From: an archaeon
GTDB lineage: Archaea; Nanobdellota; Nanobdellia; Pacearchaeales; GW2011-AR1
Direction of reading: 5' to 3'
Length of the DNA stretch: 64,000 bases
NCBI GenBank assembly: GCA_043822125.1
Contig: JBDRCB010000006.1
Location: 45,662-109,661 of the forward strand
In this document: one piece after another, positions 53,182 to 63,467 of the stretch
Layout of the letters: every line of letters starts with the position of its first letter
Position numbering within the stretch: position 1 is the stretch's first letter
Notes under the pieces: model-generated
Told to the model about the DNA's origin: nothing
Databases searched by the model: none
What the model saw: only the letters and a program-made list of their open reading frames with translations
Made by a program: the position numbers and the translations under genes

Positions 53182-54168
53182 TCATCCCCCAATAACTTTT
53201 TCCAATCTTTTTAAAAAGTTTATATCACTTTTAATTTCTTTGATATACTCCTTAAATCTCTTTTTCTCAACTCTTGTATGGAGAATAACTCTCGAGAAAA
53301 AAGTAATGTCGGAAAAAAGTCTCCTTACAACATAATACTCCAGTGCTTTCTTATCAATTTTGTGTTTTCTATGAGAAATATATTCTTTCCAAAAAGTATT
53401 ATTCATCTTCAGACCCTTCAAAAAGAACATTAAATCTTTTTCAGGTAATGCTAATTCTAATCCATCCCAATCAAGAAGGAATATTCTATCATCACCTTTC
53501 ATTAAATTTCCCCAATGTAAATCATTATGAGAAATAATGTAATTCTTTCTTTTTTTATGAATATACTTCACCCTTTTTTCAAGAAAACTGATCCCTTTCA
53601 AGAAAATACCTTCATTCCCCAAAATTACTTTTTTTAAGACTCCACAATTACTATCCTTATGGAATCTTCCTTTTTTCAATTCTTTTATTGATTTCAGAAT
53701 CCTTTTTTCCCATTCCAAATCTATCTTTTCATTTTTTATCTTTGGGAAATGTTTCTTATTAATAAGATGAAGATTAGCCAAAATCCTTCCAAGTTTTTTA
53801 TAATCTTCCTTAGAAAGCTTTCTTAAATTTCTTCCATTGATATAGTTATACAAAACAACAGGATGCCCTTTAAATTTTGAAATAACATTTCTATGTTTAT
53901 TCTTAACTGGTAGAGGGGCATTTTGAAATCCAAACCTCTTATTGATACAGAAAAGAAAATCCATAGTAATCTTTATCTTTCGGATACTTGCATAAGCAAT
54001 AGGAAATTTGTTATACACTTTACAATAATATTTTTTGTTTCTCGTTTTAATAATATAAGACGCTCCATCCTCCCCTATTGGAAAATAATCAATTTCCTTA
54101 ACCTTAATCAAGTAATGTCTCTCAAGAAATTTTTTTACCTTCTCACTGTAAATTCCTTCTATTTTCAT
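53182..54168 (-). CDS. Aminoglycoside/choline-kinase-like phosphotransferase (APH family)
   Basis: The HNDLHWGNLM catalytic loop (HxDxxxxN) and LLDWDG are typical of the APH/ChoK fold. Confidence 0.7.
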   Translation of the reverse strand: MKIEGIYSEKVKKFLERHYLIKVKEIDYFPIGEDGASYIIKTRNKKYYCKVYNKFPIAYASIRKIKITMDFLFCINKRFGFQNAPLPVKNKHRNVISKFKGHPVVLYNYINGRNLRKLSKEDYKKLGRILANLHLINKKHFPKIKNEKIDLEWEKRILKSIKELKKGRFHKDSNCGVLKKVILGNEGIFLKGISFLEKRVKYIHKKRKNYIISHNDLHWGNLMKGDDRIFLLDWDGLELALPEKDLMFFLKGLKMNNTFWKEYISHRKHKIDKKALEYYVVRRLFSDITFFSRVILHTRVEKKRFKEYIKEIKSDINFLKRLEKVIGG

Positions 54169-54881
54169 CCTCTTTTCTCCTCTAATTTATTAATAAATTT
54201 AATTAAAAAGGGAAAATTCTTTTTCATTAATTGTTGGTCCCATTTATTTTGTTTTATTTCAAGTAAAATTTCGACAACTTTCTTCCTCTCTTTTGGAGAG
54301 TTTTTCAATACTCTGTTATATCTAAAATTATGCTTCCCTTTTTCTTTTTGATTCAGATAATGACATATATTCAAAAGAGATTTTATAAGATATTGCGTAC
54401 ATTTAAAGTCTCCTTGTTCAATTAAAGGCAAATGTCTCTTTTTTATTAAATCTATATTTAGTCTAATAGCCTCATCAAAACTTATTTTCTCAAGCTTAAA
54501 ATTTTCCCTCGAGTATTTTATTCCAGCAATATGTTTCCAATGTTCAAAATCTAATAATAGCAAACTAGGAGGAATCACTTTTGCAAGTCTACTTCTAACC
54601 CTCCCCCCATTTAATTCATTTAAATACAAATAGTTTAATTTAAAATCTTTATACTTTGGTGCATATTTTTCTAGAAGATTTTTAATTGTATCACAATCTT
54701 TTTCATCTGCAGTATTATTTACTATTCCAATGCTATCTATATCACTTAATTCAGGATTAAATTCTTCAGTTAACACAGTCCCCCACAGATAAACAGATAG
54801 CAATCCTTTATTCTTGTATTTAGAATAAATCTTAAGCAAAGCGGACTCAATAACCTTCATTTCTTTATTATCTATCTTCAT
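54165..54881 (-). CDS. Nucleotidyltransferase-domain protein (ANT/AadA-like layout)
   Basis: VYLWGTVLTEEFNPELSDIDSIGIV (G-x(n)-DxD) plus a helical C-terminal domain. It has 4-nt overlaps with both neighbours. Confidence 0.6.
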   Translation of the reverse strand: MKIDNKEMKVIESALLKIYSKYKNKGLLSVYLWGTVLTEEFNPELSDIDSIGIVNNTADEKDCDTIKNLLEKYAPKYKDFKLNYLYLNELNGGRVRSRLAKVIPPSLLLLDFEHWKHIAGIKYSRENFKLEKISFDEAIRLNIDLIKKRHLPLIEQGDFKCTQYLIKSLLNICHYLNQKEKGKHNFRYNRVLKNSPKERKKVVEILLEIKQNKWDQQLMKKNFPFLIKFINKLEEKRG

Positions 54882-56674
54882 TTCATCTCTTTCTTTAATC
54901 CATATTTCTTTAGAAGATATTTGAATTTATAATTCTTTTTTATTTCTCCTAAATTGCCATCTGCAACTATTTTTCCTCTTTCAAAATAATAAATATAATC
55001 AAATTTGTTTAAAAGATGGAGTCTATGAATCGAAGAGATTATTGTCTTATTTTTAAAATTTTTAAAAATATTTTCGTGTATTTTAGTTTCATTCAAACTA
55101 TCCACACTGCTTGTTGGCTCATCTAATAGGACAATACTGCTGTTTTTCGCCGCGAGTAATCCTCGTGCAAGAGCGAGCCGCTGTTTTTCTCCTCCACTCA
55201 GGGAAACTCCTTTTTCTAAAACATTTGTTTCAAGCCCTTTATCCAGACGCTCAACAACTTTCTTAAACTGTGCCATTGAAATAACTTTTTCAACTTCTTC
55301 TTTTCTCACAGGCAAATCCATAGCAATATTATACTTTATTGTATTATTAAAAATCTCAGGGTCTTGAGGTATCAGAGTAACTTCTTTTTTCAATTTTTCA
55401 AATCCTTTTTTTATCTCTTCTCCATCACAATAAATTTTTCCGCTTTGAGGAGGATATAATCCTCTCATAATTGCAAGAACTGTGCTCTTTCCAGAACCAC
55501 TCTCTCCAACTAAGGCAATTTTCTGCCCTCTCTTAAATTTAACATTAATATTTTCAAGATGATTTTTTTTCCATTCTTCATCATAAGTAAAATTCATATT
55601 TTTTATTTCAATCTTTTCCCATTCATAAGGTAATCTTCCATTGAGCCTTCCTTTAATTTCCTCAAATGCCTCATCAATTGGGTAAGCCCCTTCAATTCTT
55701 GCACTAGTTTTTACAATATCTCCATACAACTCTCCAAACTGAAAAAATGCGTCCCCTACTCTTTCAAGATAGCTATAAAGAATGTAAAGTGTTCCGATTA
55801 AAATAATTCCTGTAGCATAATAATCTGAATATGCTTTATATACTAAGACTAAAATAGCCATAGAAGTTATTGCAATCATACCAAAAGCCCACTTAAATTC
55901 ATCAATTATAACAACTTTTTTATGAATAGGATAACTTGCTATTAATCTTGAATCAATTTCTTTAGATACTGTTTTTTTCAGGCGAAGGGTGATGACAGTA
56001 ATAATATTACTTAAATAATCAAAAACCGAAGCACCAAGTTTATTACTAAATTTATTCAACTGAAGATAATACTTTCTTAATTTTTTATCCACTTTCATAA
56101 CACATATGAGGATAAGTGAAGAAAAAATCAAAGCAAATATTCCTATCTTAATATCTATAAAGAATAATATTATCAAAGATACAAAAATTCTTATTGCAAT
56201 ATAAATTAGTCTATATGTATACTGCTGGGAGAAACGATCTAAAGAGTTTCTTCCTCTATTTATTTTGTCAATAGTGTCTCCTGAGTGATTGTCTTTGTGC
56301 CATTTAACTGGAAGCTCCAAAATTCTTGATATTTTATTATTAGTATAATTTCTGTGAACCTGAAAACCAGTTATCTGCTCTAAGATTCTTGCTGGTCCGT
56401 GAAATATCCAAAAAACCAGTTCGATTCCTAGTAATAAAAATATTAAAAAAATTAATTTTTGAAATTCTTGAAAAGAAGTAATAGACTGTTGGATAGAATT
56501 AAAGATCGAGCCTATTACAAGAGGAGCCATTAAACCAATTGTCCCTGAAATTAAAAATAAAAACATATAAAGTAAGAAAATCTTTCTCCGACTACCTAAA
56601 AATTCCCATTCTGTTTTCAAAACATTAATTATCGGGTTCTTTCTTCTTTGTTTATTTTCTTCTTTTTCTTGCAT
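54878..56674 (-). CDS. ABC exporter, fused permease and ATPase (MsbA/MdlB type)
   Basis: Six TM segments, Walker A GESGSGKST, signature LSGGEKQR and Walker B IVLLDEPTS. The start was set at ATG 56674. Confidence 0.85.
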   Translation of the reverse strand: MQEKEENKQRRKNPIINVLKTEWEFLGSRRKIFLLYMFLFLISGTIGLMAPLVIGSIFNSIQQSITSFQEFQKLIFLIFLLLGIELVFWIFHGPARILEQITGFQVHRNYTNNKISRILELPVKWHKDNHSGDTIDKINRGRNSLDRFSQQYTYRLIYIAIRIFVSLIILFFIDIKIGIFALIFSSLILICVMKVDKKLRKYYLQLNKFSNKLGASVFDYLSNIITVITLRLKKTVSKEIDSRLIASYPIHKKVVIIDEFKWAFGMIAITSMAILVLVYKAYSDYYATGIILIGTLYILYSYLERVGDAFFQFGELYGDIVKTSARIEGAYPIDEAFEEIKGRLNGRLPYEWEKIEIKNMNFTYDEEWKKNHLENINVKFKRGQKIALVGESGSGKSTVLAIMRGLYPPQSGKIYCDGEEIKKGFEKLKKEVTLIPQDPEIFNNTIKYNIAMDLPVRKEEVEKVISMAQFKKVVERLDKGLETNVLEKGVSLSGGEKQRLALARGLLAAKNSSIVLLDEPTSSVDSLNETKIHENIFKNFKNKTIISSIHRLHLLNKFDYIYYFERGKIVADGNLGEIKKNYKFKYLLKKYGLKKEMK

Positions 56675-57009
56675 TTTAAATAATTGATATAAATTTAATT
56701 GAATATAATGAGAAAAGTCATGAACACCTCTTATAACAATTAAAGTCGAAACTGGTAACCAGCGCATTATTTTACATAATCTGAAAATAAAACAGACTAT
56801 TAACTGCCATCTATAATTTAATAAATCCCCCTTTTTAAATTTTTTTAAATAATTGGTTATATTTATATAATAGAAAACCCTGTAAATATCATGGAAAAAA
56901 GAATTGTTATGGGCGATTCAGTTATGAATAATTATTTAAAAAAGAAGAATATTAATGAAAAAGTTGAAGAAATAATTGAAGAAGAATCAGATGAAGAGTA
57001 TTAATAAAT

Positions 57010-57327
57010 TTATTCAAATCTATTTACATCAAGTTTTCTCTCCAACACTTCAATTCTCTGCTGTAAATGATAAAGCTGATTTGACAAATTCTCTAGTTGC
57101 TCTGTCATGTCTGTCAATCTTTTTGCAAGTTTCCTCCTTCTCTCCTCACTGCTTTCAGAATCTCCTGAAAAACCTTTCTGCTCAGGGGAAGTGTCAAAAA
57201 AACCAAAACCCCCTGCAGATGAATTTTCTGTCTTAACATCTTCTTTAATTCTCTGGGTCCTCTCCTGCTGTCGTCTGTATCTCTCACCTAAATCAACAAC
57301 ATCTTTTTTTCTACCAAATAATTTCAT
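57010..57327 (-). CDS. Hypothetical coiled-coil protein
   Basis: 105 aa. Basic N-terminus MKLFGRKKD, low-complexity middle, and C-terminal heptads LTDMTEQLENLSNQLYHLQQRIEVLERKL. Confidence 0.4.
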   Translation of the reverse strand: MKLFGRKKDVVDLGERYRRQQERTQRIKEDVKTENSSAGGFGFFDTSPEQKGFSGDSESSEERRRKLAKRLTDMTEQLENLSNQLYHLQQRIEVLERKLDVNRFE

Positions 57328-57408
57328 AAGAGAATGAATCTTTTTATTTATTTAAATTTAACTATAGGAACATTTTTTAAACAAATAATTCTTATAAATG
57401 ATTAAAAG

Positions 57409-58848
57409 ATGGTAGCTACTATTGAACAAATAATTGGGAAAATAAATCCAAAGCTTTATGCAGAAAATTCAAAAGAATTGCTTAAAGAATTTAAATTAAA
57501 GGAGAAAATCCCAGCAGAAAAAATAAAACCAAAAAATCTTAGTCAGCACACCCTCACTTACGACTCTTCATCTGAAACTCTTGAGCCGATTTATTTCTGG
57601 ATAATGGATTTTATGATAAATGATTTAGGTTTCGAAACTGAAAAACTCGTCGATAATTTTTCTTCAACTCCTGGCTCAGGACACTTTGCAGAGCTCGGAC
57701 AGAGAGCGACAATAATGCAGCAACAGGGAACAAAAATTCTCGCAGATATTAATACTGTTCTAAGAAGTGTGCTAAATATAATTTACGATTTGAAAGAATT
57801 CAAAATACGCCTGCAATCCTATGATGATTTAAAATCTTCTGATAAAAATATTAGTGAAGCTGCCCGACTTTCTCTGAAACAAATCTGGATGGATAAAGTA
57901 GACATTCAAAAAGGAAACTCCAGCATCAAGGCAATGGGGCTCGGGCAGGCAGGGTTTGTAACTTTAATCGACGCATTTCTCGCTGTTAAAGATGAAAAAG
58001 AAGCAGACAAACTCGATTTGAATGAAAGAATAAAAAGAATAATAAAACCAAGAATTCAGGAATTTAACATATGGGTTGAGCAGTCAGAAAAAGAACTGAA
58101 AAAAAGATATGAACTTGAAAAAAATTATTTGAGAAGCCAAGTGAATAGTTTGAAATTATATTCAAGATGGGCAAAACCTTATTTGAAAACAGCTCAGCAA
58201 CTGGAGATGAAAGAAGGGGGCAGAAACCCTGCACTTGTAAAAACATTTAATACGATTCTTTTGGAATTAACACTCCTAGGAAAAACAGAAGTAAAACCGC
58301 CTCCTGAGCACTCTGAAATAAAATCAAAAAGAAAATACTACTCTTGCGTCATCGTTGATTTTGTGTTCAGGGGAATTCCTCAGAGAGTAAATCAGCAGTC
58401 CCACTACGCATTCGGAGGGAGAGCAGATGTAACAATAAAAGGCTATGCACTAAACAGCGATGAGATAAAACAGCTTTACAGAGAATTAGACAACTCAGAT
58501 TTAGAAGATGTTTTAAAATTAATTGAGGGTGCAACAACAGAAAGTCTAGGTGCACTTCAAAAAGAAATAAATTTCTTCCTTGAAGATAAAGAAGAAGAAA
58601 GAAAAAAGCAAAAAGAAAAATCAAGCGACACTTCTAATCCTTTTCTCGCATTAATAGGACATTATGATAAAAAAGAAAACAAAGAGGAAAAAAAAGAAGA
58701 GAAGAAAGAAGAGAAAGTAAAACCAGACAACTGGGTTGAACTAAATATTTTAAGAAAAGTAGCTGCAGATGATGCTATAGAAAAGACTTTCACAGTATTC
58801 AATGTTTATAAAAAAGTTCACGGCATGGCGAACTTTGACAAATATTAA
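57409..58848 (+). CDS. Hypothetical 479-aa protein with a central coiled coil
   Basis: Long ORF divergent from the 57010-57327 gene. No family recognised by eye. Confidence 0.45.
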   Translation: MVATIEQIIGKINPKLYAENSKELLKEFKLKEKIPAEKIKPKNLSQHTLTYDSSSETLEPIYFWIMDFMINDLGFETEKLVDNFSSTPGSGHFAELGQRATIMQQQGTKILADINTVLRSVLNIIYDLKEFKIRLQSYDDLKSSDKNISEAARLSLKQIWMDKVDIQKGNSSIKAMGLGQAGFVTLIDAFLAVKDEKEADKLDLNERIKRIIKPRIQEFNIWVEQSEKELKKRYELEKNYLRSQVNSLKLYSRWAKPYLKTAQQLEMKEGGRNPALVKTFNTILLELTLLGKTEVKPPPEHSEIKSKRKYYSCVIVDFVFRGIPQRVNQQSHYAFGGRADVTIKGYALNSDEIKQLYRELDNSDLEDVLKLIEGATTESLGALQKEINFFLEDKEEERKKQKEKSSDTSNPFLALIGHYDKKENKEEKKEEKKEEKVKPDNWVELNILRKVAADDAIEKTFTVFNVYKKVHGMANFDKY

Positions 58849-58849
58849 A

Positions 58850-59032
58850 TTACTTTTTGCCTGCAAGAAACAACAAACATCCTGCTAGTATAAATAAAAT
58901 ACCAGAAAAACTGCTTCCTGCTCCTATTTTATCCACAATAAAAAAACCAGTCACCCCTTTATAGAATAGAAAAATAGTAAGAGCCCCTTTTAAAATAAAA
59001 GAAACACCAAGAATTTTCATCCATCTTTTCAT
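58850..59032 (-). CDS. Small two-TM membrane protein
   Basis: 60-aa ORF with two hydrophobic segments. Confidence 0.3.
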   Translation of the reverse strand: MKRWMKILGVSFILKGALTIFLFYKGVTGFFIVDKIGAGSSFSGILFILAGCLLFLAGKK

Positions 59033-59102
59033 TTTTACATTAAGGAAATTTGTTTTATAAACTTATCAAAAATCTTATATAATTTAAAAACTATGTAAAT
59101 CT

Positions 59103-59624
59103 ATGCCCAAAAAGAAAAAAGAAGAAGAGGAAGAGTCAGAAGAAGATTTAGAAGAATTACTAAAAGAATTAGATTCAAACATCGACGAAAACAGATTTAT
59201 TGAAATTCTTAATTTAAGCAAAAAATCAACTGCTCCTGTGCTGGAGGAAATTACCGGTGCTCAAGCTCCCTCGCCTGTTTTTTTCAGAACAAAAGGAGAA
59301 GCAGAAGAAGAAAGAGATGAAATTTCCTATGAGCCAAAAGGATATAATGCAGGAGAAGAAAGAAAATATGAAGTTAATGGTATTGCTACTACACAGCAGG
59401 AAGTGAGGAGGATTGATTTTCAGACAGTCGGAACAGACATAAGAAATCCTCATCTGACAGAAATTTCCCCGTCGCAACAGTGGTTTCAGAAAACAAAAAG
59501 TTCTGATGATTATCAGGCGAATATAAAACCAGAAAGAATCAGCGAGGCAAAACCTTTTGACAAACCCGCATCAGAATCTGACAGACTCAGCGAGGCAAAG
59601 CATAAAAAATACGAAGTGAGATAA
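59103..59624 (+). CDS. Hypothetical acidic protein
   Basis: 173-aa ORF with an E/K-rich N-terminus. Confidence 0.4.
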   Translation: MPKKKKEEEEESEEDLEELLKELDSNIDENRFIEILNLSKKSTAPVLEEITGAQAPSPVFFRTKGEAEEERDEISYEPKGYNAGEERKYEVNGIATTQQEVRRIDFQTVGTDIRNPHLTEISPSQQWFQKTKSSDDYQANIKPERISEAKPFDKPASESDRLSEAKHKKYEVR

Positions 59625-59671
59625 TTCAATAAATATATAAATAAATTTATCCTGTAAAAAATGAGGTGAAA

Positions 59672-61522
59672 ATGGATTATAAAATAATTGATTATCAGGG
59701 AGGATATTCTTCTTTAGATCCTGAAAAAAGCTACGGAAGTGTGTTTGTTAATTATCATACTGCTGCGAAAAAATTAGGAATGAGCACTGACCCTCGGACA
59801 GCAAATGTATTAAAGGAAGTTTCAGAACACTTATCTTCTGGGGTGCAGACAATTGAAATGTCTCCTATTTCTCCTGATGTTTTTGAATCAATCCCAAAAC
59901 AGCATTTAAAGGAAGTAAAAGAACTTGCTAAATTAACAGGTGCTGATATTACTCTTCACGCTCCGATTGTTGAAGCATCAGGTGTCACAGAGCAGGGATG
60001 GAGTGAAATGAACAGAGCCCGTGCAGAAAAGCAGATGGAATTTGCAGTAAAAAGAGCTCATGAAATAAACCCTGAAAAAAGCTCTCCTGTCACGTTCCAC
60101 TCTTCAGCAGGAATTCCAGGAACAGAATACAAGATTGTCGACGGAAAATTCGCTCCGCAAAAATTAATTGTAATCAACAGGGAAACAGGAAAAATGGCTC
60201 CTCTTGAAGAGGAAAAAAAATACTATCCTGATATGAGAAGGTTAAAAGAAGGTATTACAAGAGAAGAAAAAGAGAAATATTATCTCGGAGAAATATCAGA
60301 AGAAAAAATTTTTGAAAAAGTTCCTCTTGAAACAGGAAAAATAATCACTCCTGAAAAAAGAGCTGAAATTTTAAATTCAACTGAATGGGACAATTCTATA
60401 AGCCAGCTTATTTTTAACAAAGAGAGAGCAGATGAAATTCTTACACAAAATCAGGTTCAGATACAGCATTTAATAAAAGACATGGATAAAATAAATCCTG
60501 AAAATTTAAAACCAACACAGAAACAAGCATGGCTTCACCTTCAGACAGCCCAATCTTATCTTGAGGATACTTATCAGCACGCAGGAGCACTTTTCAGCAA
60601 AGCATATGAATATGGTTCTGAAGAGCAGAAAAAACATCTGAGAAAGATTTCAGAAAGATTTCAGAAAAATCTTGAAAAAAATCCTTCAGTTACAAATCAG
60701 TCAGAGGCAATTCACATGCTTCTTGTTGATTTAAAGGAGCAGAACATATCTCCGAAAATGTGGGTTCCTATTGAGCAGTTTGCAGTTGAAAAATCTTCAG
60801 AAACTTTTGCAAATATTGCATTAAAATCTTACAAGGAATTCAAAAACGAGGCTCCGATAATAAGCATTGAAAATCCTCCTGCTGGCGGAGGGCTGAGCAC
60901 AGGAGAGGACTTAAGAAAATTAGTTGAAGAATCAAGAAGAAAATTCATAGAAAAAGCCCGCACCGAGGGTATTTCAGAATCAGAAGCAAAAAAACAGGCA
61001 GAAAAATTAATTGGTGTGACTTGGGATGTCGGGCATATAAATATGATGAGGGGTATGGGATTTGAAGAAAAAGATATTATAAAAGAATCAGAAAAAATTG
61101 CTCCTTTTTTAAAGCATGTTCATCTTTCTGACAACTTCGGACTTCAACACACAGAACTGCCCATGGGTATGGGAAATGTTCCAATAAAAGAAATTATGGA
61201 GAAGCTCGGTGAAAAAGGATTTGAAGCAAAAAAAATTATTGAGGCAGGAAACTGGTGGCAGCCTTTTTCTCCAGGCGGAAAACAAGGCTCCCCATTTAAA
61301 TCTACACTGCTAGCAATGGGTTCTCCGATTTATTCAATGGAAATGACTCCTTACTGGAATCAGTCAATAGGACTTCAGCAAGGATATTTCGGAGGCTACG
61401 GCATGATGCTTCCTCAAAAAAATTATCAGATGTTTGGAGCAGGCTTCTCACAGCTTCCAGCAGAACTCGGGGGACAAATTCAAGGAGGGGGAAGTCGTAT
61501 GGGCGGAACTCCAATGGAGTAA
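59672..61522 (+). CDS. Xylose isomerase-like TIM-barrel protein with a large helical insertion and a Gly/Met-rich tail
   Basis: ITLHAPIVEASG near the N-terminus and VTWDVGHINMM..FLKHVHLSDNFG..ELPMGMGNVP near the C-terminus resemble AP-endonuclease-2/TIM-barrel motifs separated by about 280 aa. Confidence 0.5.
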   Translation: MDYKIIDYQGGYSSLDPEKSYGSVFVNYHTAAKKLGMSTDPRTANVLKEVSEHLSSGVQTIEMSPISPDVFESIPKQHLKEVKELAKLTGADITLHAPIVEASGVTEQGWSEMNRARAEKQMEFAVKRAHEINPEKSSPVTFHSSAGIPGTEYKIVDGKFAPQKLIVINRETGKMAPLEEEKKYYPDMRRLKEGITREEKEKYYLGEISEEKIFEKVPLETGKIITPEKRAEILNSTEWDNSISQLIFNKERADEILTQNQVQIQHLIKDMDKINPENLKPTQKQAWLHLQTAQSYLEDTYQHAGALFSKAYEYGSEEQKKHLRKISERFQKNLEKNPSVTNQSEAIHMLLVDLKEQNISPKMWVPIEQFAVEKSSETFANIALKSYKEFKNEAPIISIENPPAGGGLSTGEDLRKLVEESRRKFIEKARTEGISESEAKKQAEKLIGVTWDVGHINMMRGMGFEEKDIIKESEKIAPFLKHVHLSDNFGLQHTELPMGMGNVPIKEIMEKLGEKGFEAKKIIEAGNWWQPFSPGGKQGSPFKSTLLAMGSPIYSMEMTPYWNQSIGLQQGYFGGYGMMLPQKNYQMFGAGFSQLPAELGGQIQGGGSRMGGTPME

Positions 61523-61579
61523 TTTTTTATAAAATTAAAAACTTTTAAAAACAGATAATTCCTATTGTTGTCATAAAAG

Positions 61580-62449
61580 ATGGTGAAAAAAAAGAATTCT
61601 AAAAAAAAGGAGAAGGGAAAATTTTCCAAAAAGAAATCAAAAATTAATCCGAAAAACTTTCCGACTCTTAATCTAAAAAAAGAATCAGAAATTTCCCTTG
61701 ACTTTGCCACTAAAACTTATAAAAAATTTGACAAAATAATAAAATCAGTAATTCTCTTTGGTTCAGTCGCAAAGCAGACTTCTGTGGAGGGTTCTGACAT
61801 AGACATAATTATAATTATCGACGATGTTTCAATAAGATGGAATCAGGAGTTAATCGCGTGGTATAGAGAGGAGCTTGACAAACTGCTGAAAAAAAATCCA
61901 TATAACAAAAGCATCCATATAAACACCATAAAATTAAGCACTTGGTGGGAAGATTTAATCAGAGGCGATCCTGTTGTAATAAATATCCTAAGGTATGGAG
62001 AATCAATAATTGACTTTGCAGGATTTTTCACTCCGTTAAAATATCTCTTGATTAATGGAAAAATAAAAGCAACACCAGAATCAATTTACAACTGTCTTCA
62101 GAGAGCTCCACAGCATATTATTAGAAGCAAAATTTCAGAACTGAATGCGATTGAGGGATTATACTGGGCCATGGTTGACGCATCCCATGCTGCACTGATT
62201 TCTGCAAATGTCCTGCCTCCGTCGCCAGAACACATTCCAGTTGACTTAAAAGAGCATTTTGTAAACACTGGAAAATTAAAAATGAAATATGTTATATGGT
62301 ACAGAGATTTGCTTGTTCTTCATAAGGACATAGTTCACGGAAAAATAAAAAACTTAAAAGGTGCTGAAATTGACATCTGGCAGGAAAGAACAGAAGAATT
62401 CCTAGAAGTTATGGCTAAACTTGTAAAAGATTTAATTGAAACTAGTTAG
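61580..62449 (+). CDS. Nucleotidyltransferase domain fused to a HEPN-like helical domain
   Basis: ILFGSVAKQTSVEGSDIDIIIIIDD (GS..DxD). The C-terminal helical part carries RDLLVLH (Rx4-6H pattern). Confidence 0.55.
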   Translation: MVKKKNSKKKEKGKFSKKKSKINPKNFPTLNLKKESEISLDFATKTYKKFDKIIKSVILFGSVAKQTSVEGSDIDIIIIIDDVSIRWNQELIAWYREELDKLLKKNPYNKSIHINTIKLSTWWEDLIRGDPVVINILRYGESIIDFAGFFTPLKYLLINGKIKATPESIYNCLQRAPQHIIRSKISELNAIEGLYWAMVDASHAALISANVLPPSPEHIPVDLKEHFVNTGKLKMKYVIWYRDLLVLHKDIVHGKIKNLKGAEIDIWQERTEEFLEVMAKLVKDLIETS

Positions 62450-63065
62450 TTTCTTTTTTAGAATATTTCTCACAAATTTTTTCACATGCTTCTGATAAGT
62501 CAGAATAATAATTTGATTTTGCTGCCCTGACTCCTAAAGCCCTCTCATAAGCCTCTATGAGAATTCCTTTTAGTTTTAAAGCATCTTTTTCCTCTTCTGT
62601 TAATTTGCTTAAATCTACTCTTCCATTTTCAACATATTTTCCTATTATTTTATCTTCAGAATAATCTTTTAGTTTATCTGGAACTTTAACATTTTCAGCA
62701 CCGACAGATTTTGCTGCTTCTTCTAATTCACTTAATTTAGCCATTGACTGAACTTCACCAAGTTGCTGCTTTAACCTAGCAACAACATCATAATTAGAAG
62801 TATATTGTGGCTCTTCTGCAATTCCCATAGACTTTCTTTGTTTCTGCCTCTCATCATAAATTTCTGCTCTTAATTTATTAGCATAGTCCCCTTTCAAAGC
62901 ATCAGCATATGTCTGCTCTCCACCAGACAACCCCAACTGCCCATATAAAAAAGGATTTTGTTTAACTGCATTTCCTCCGACTACGTTTTGGAGTAATTCA
63001 TACTCAAGAGTATTCTTAACAATTTTAGCTCTTTGCTCTTCAGGTGATAATTCTTTTTCTGTCAT
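62442..63065 (-). CDS. Hypothetical protein
   Basis: 207-aa ORF. Confidence 0.4.
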   Translation of the reverse strand: MTEKELSPEEQRAKIVKNTLEYELLQNVVGGNAVKQNPFLYGQLGLSGGEQTYADALKGDYANKLRAEIYDERQKQRKSMGIAEEPQYTSNYDVVARLKQQLGEVQSMAKLSELEEAAKSVGAENVKVPDKLKDYSEDKIIGKYVENGRVDLSKLTEEEKDALKLKGILIEAYERALGVRAAKSNYYSDLSEACEKICEKYSKKETN

Positions 63066-63184
63066 GAAATTTCTTATACTTTAAACTATTTAAATCTTTC
63101 TCTTGTTACTACTTAATAGTAAAGTTTATAAATTACATTTTTATTAAAAAAGATATCACTAAAAAGTAATTAATTTAAAATAAA

Positions 63185-63424
63185 ATGTCAATAAGTTATA
63201 GAGAATTAACTGAAGAATGCAAAATGAGTCCAAACATAGCTGGCTACGGAAGAGAGTTTGAAAAAGCATTACTTGAAAAAGATTTTCCAACTGCAAGTTT
63301 TCTTTTAAGGATAATTAATCAAAAAACAGGAAAAAATGGGGATGGACATAAACTCCCTTCAAATAGAATTCTTAATTCTGCTTTAGAAAATCTTGATTAT
63401 TTTGAAAATAAAAAAATATTTTAA
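63185..63424 (+). CDS. Hypothetical 79-aa protein
   Basis: ORF only. Confidence 0.3.
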   Translation: MSISYRELTEECKMSPNIAGYGREFEKALLEKDFPTASFLLRIINQKTGKNGDGHKLPSNRILNSALENLDYFENKKIF

Positions 63425-63467
63425 AATGATAAATTTAATCTTGGGATTATAGGAATTACCTAAATTT

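Noticed and set aside
56891-57004. A possible 37-aa acidic ORF (MEKRIVMGDSVMNNYLKKKNINEKVEEIIEEESDEEY).
   Set aside because: It is short, has no recognisable motif or obvious coupling to neighbours, and cannot be distinguished from chance in AT-rich DNA.
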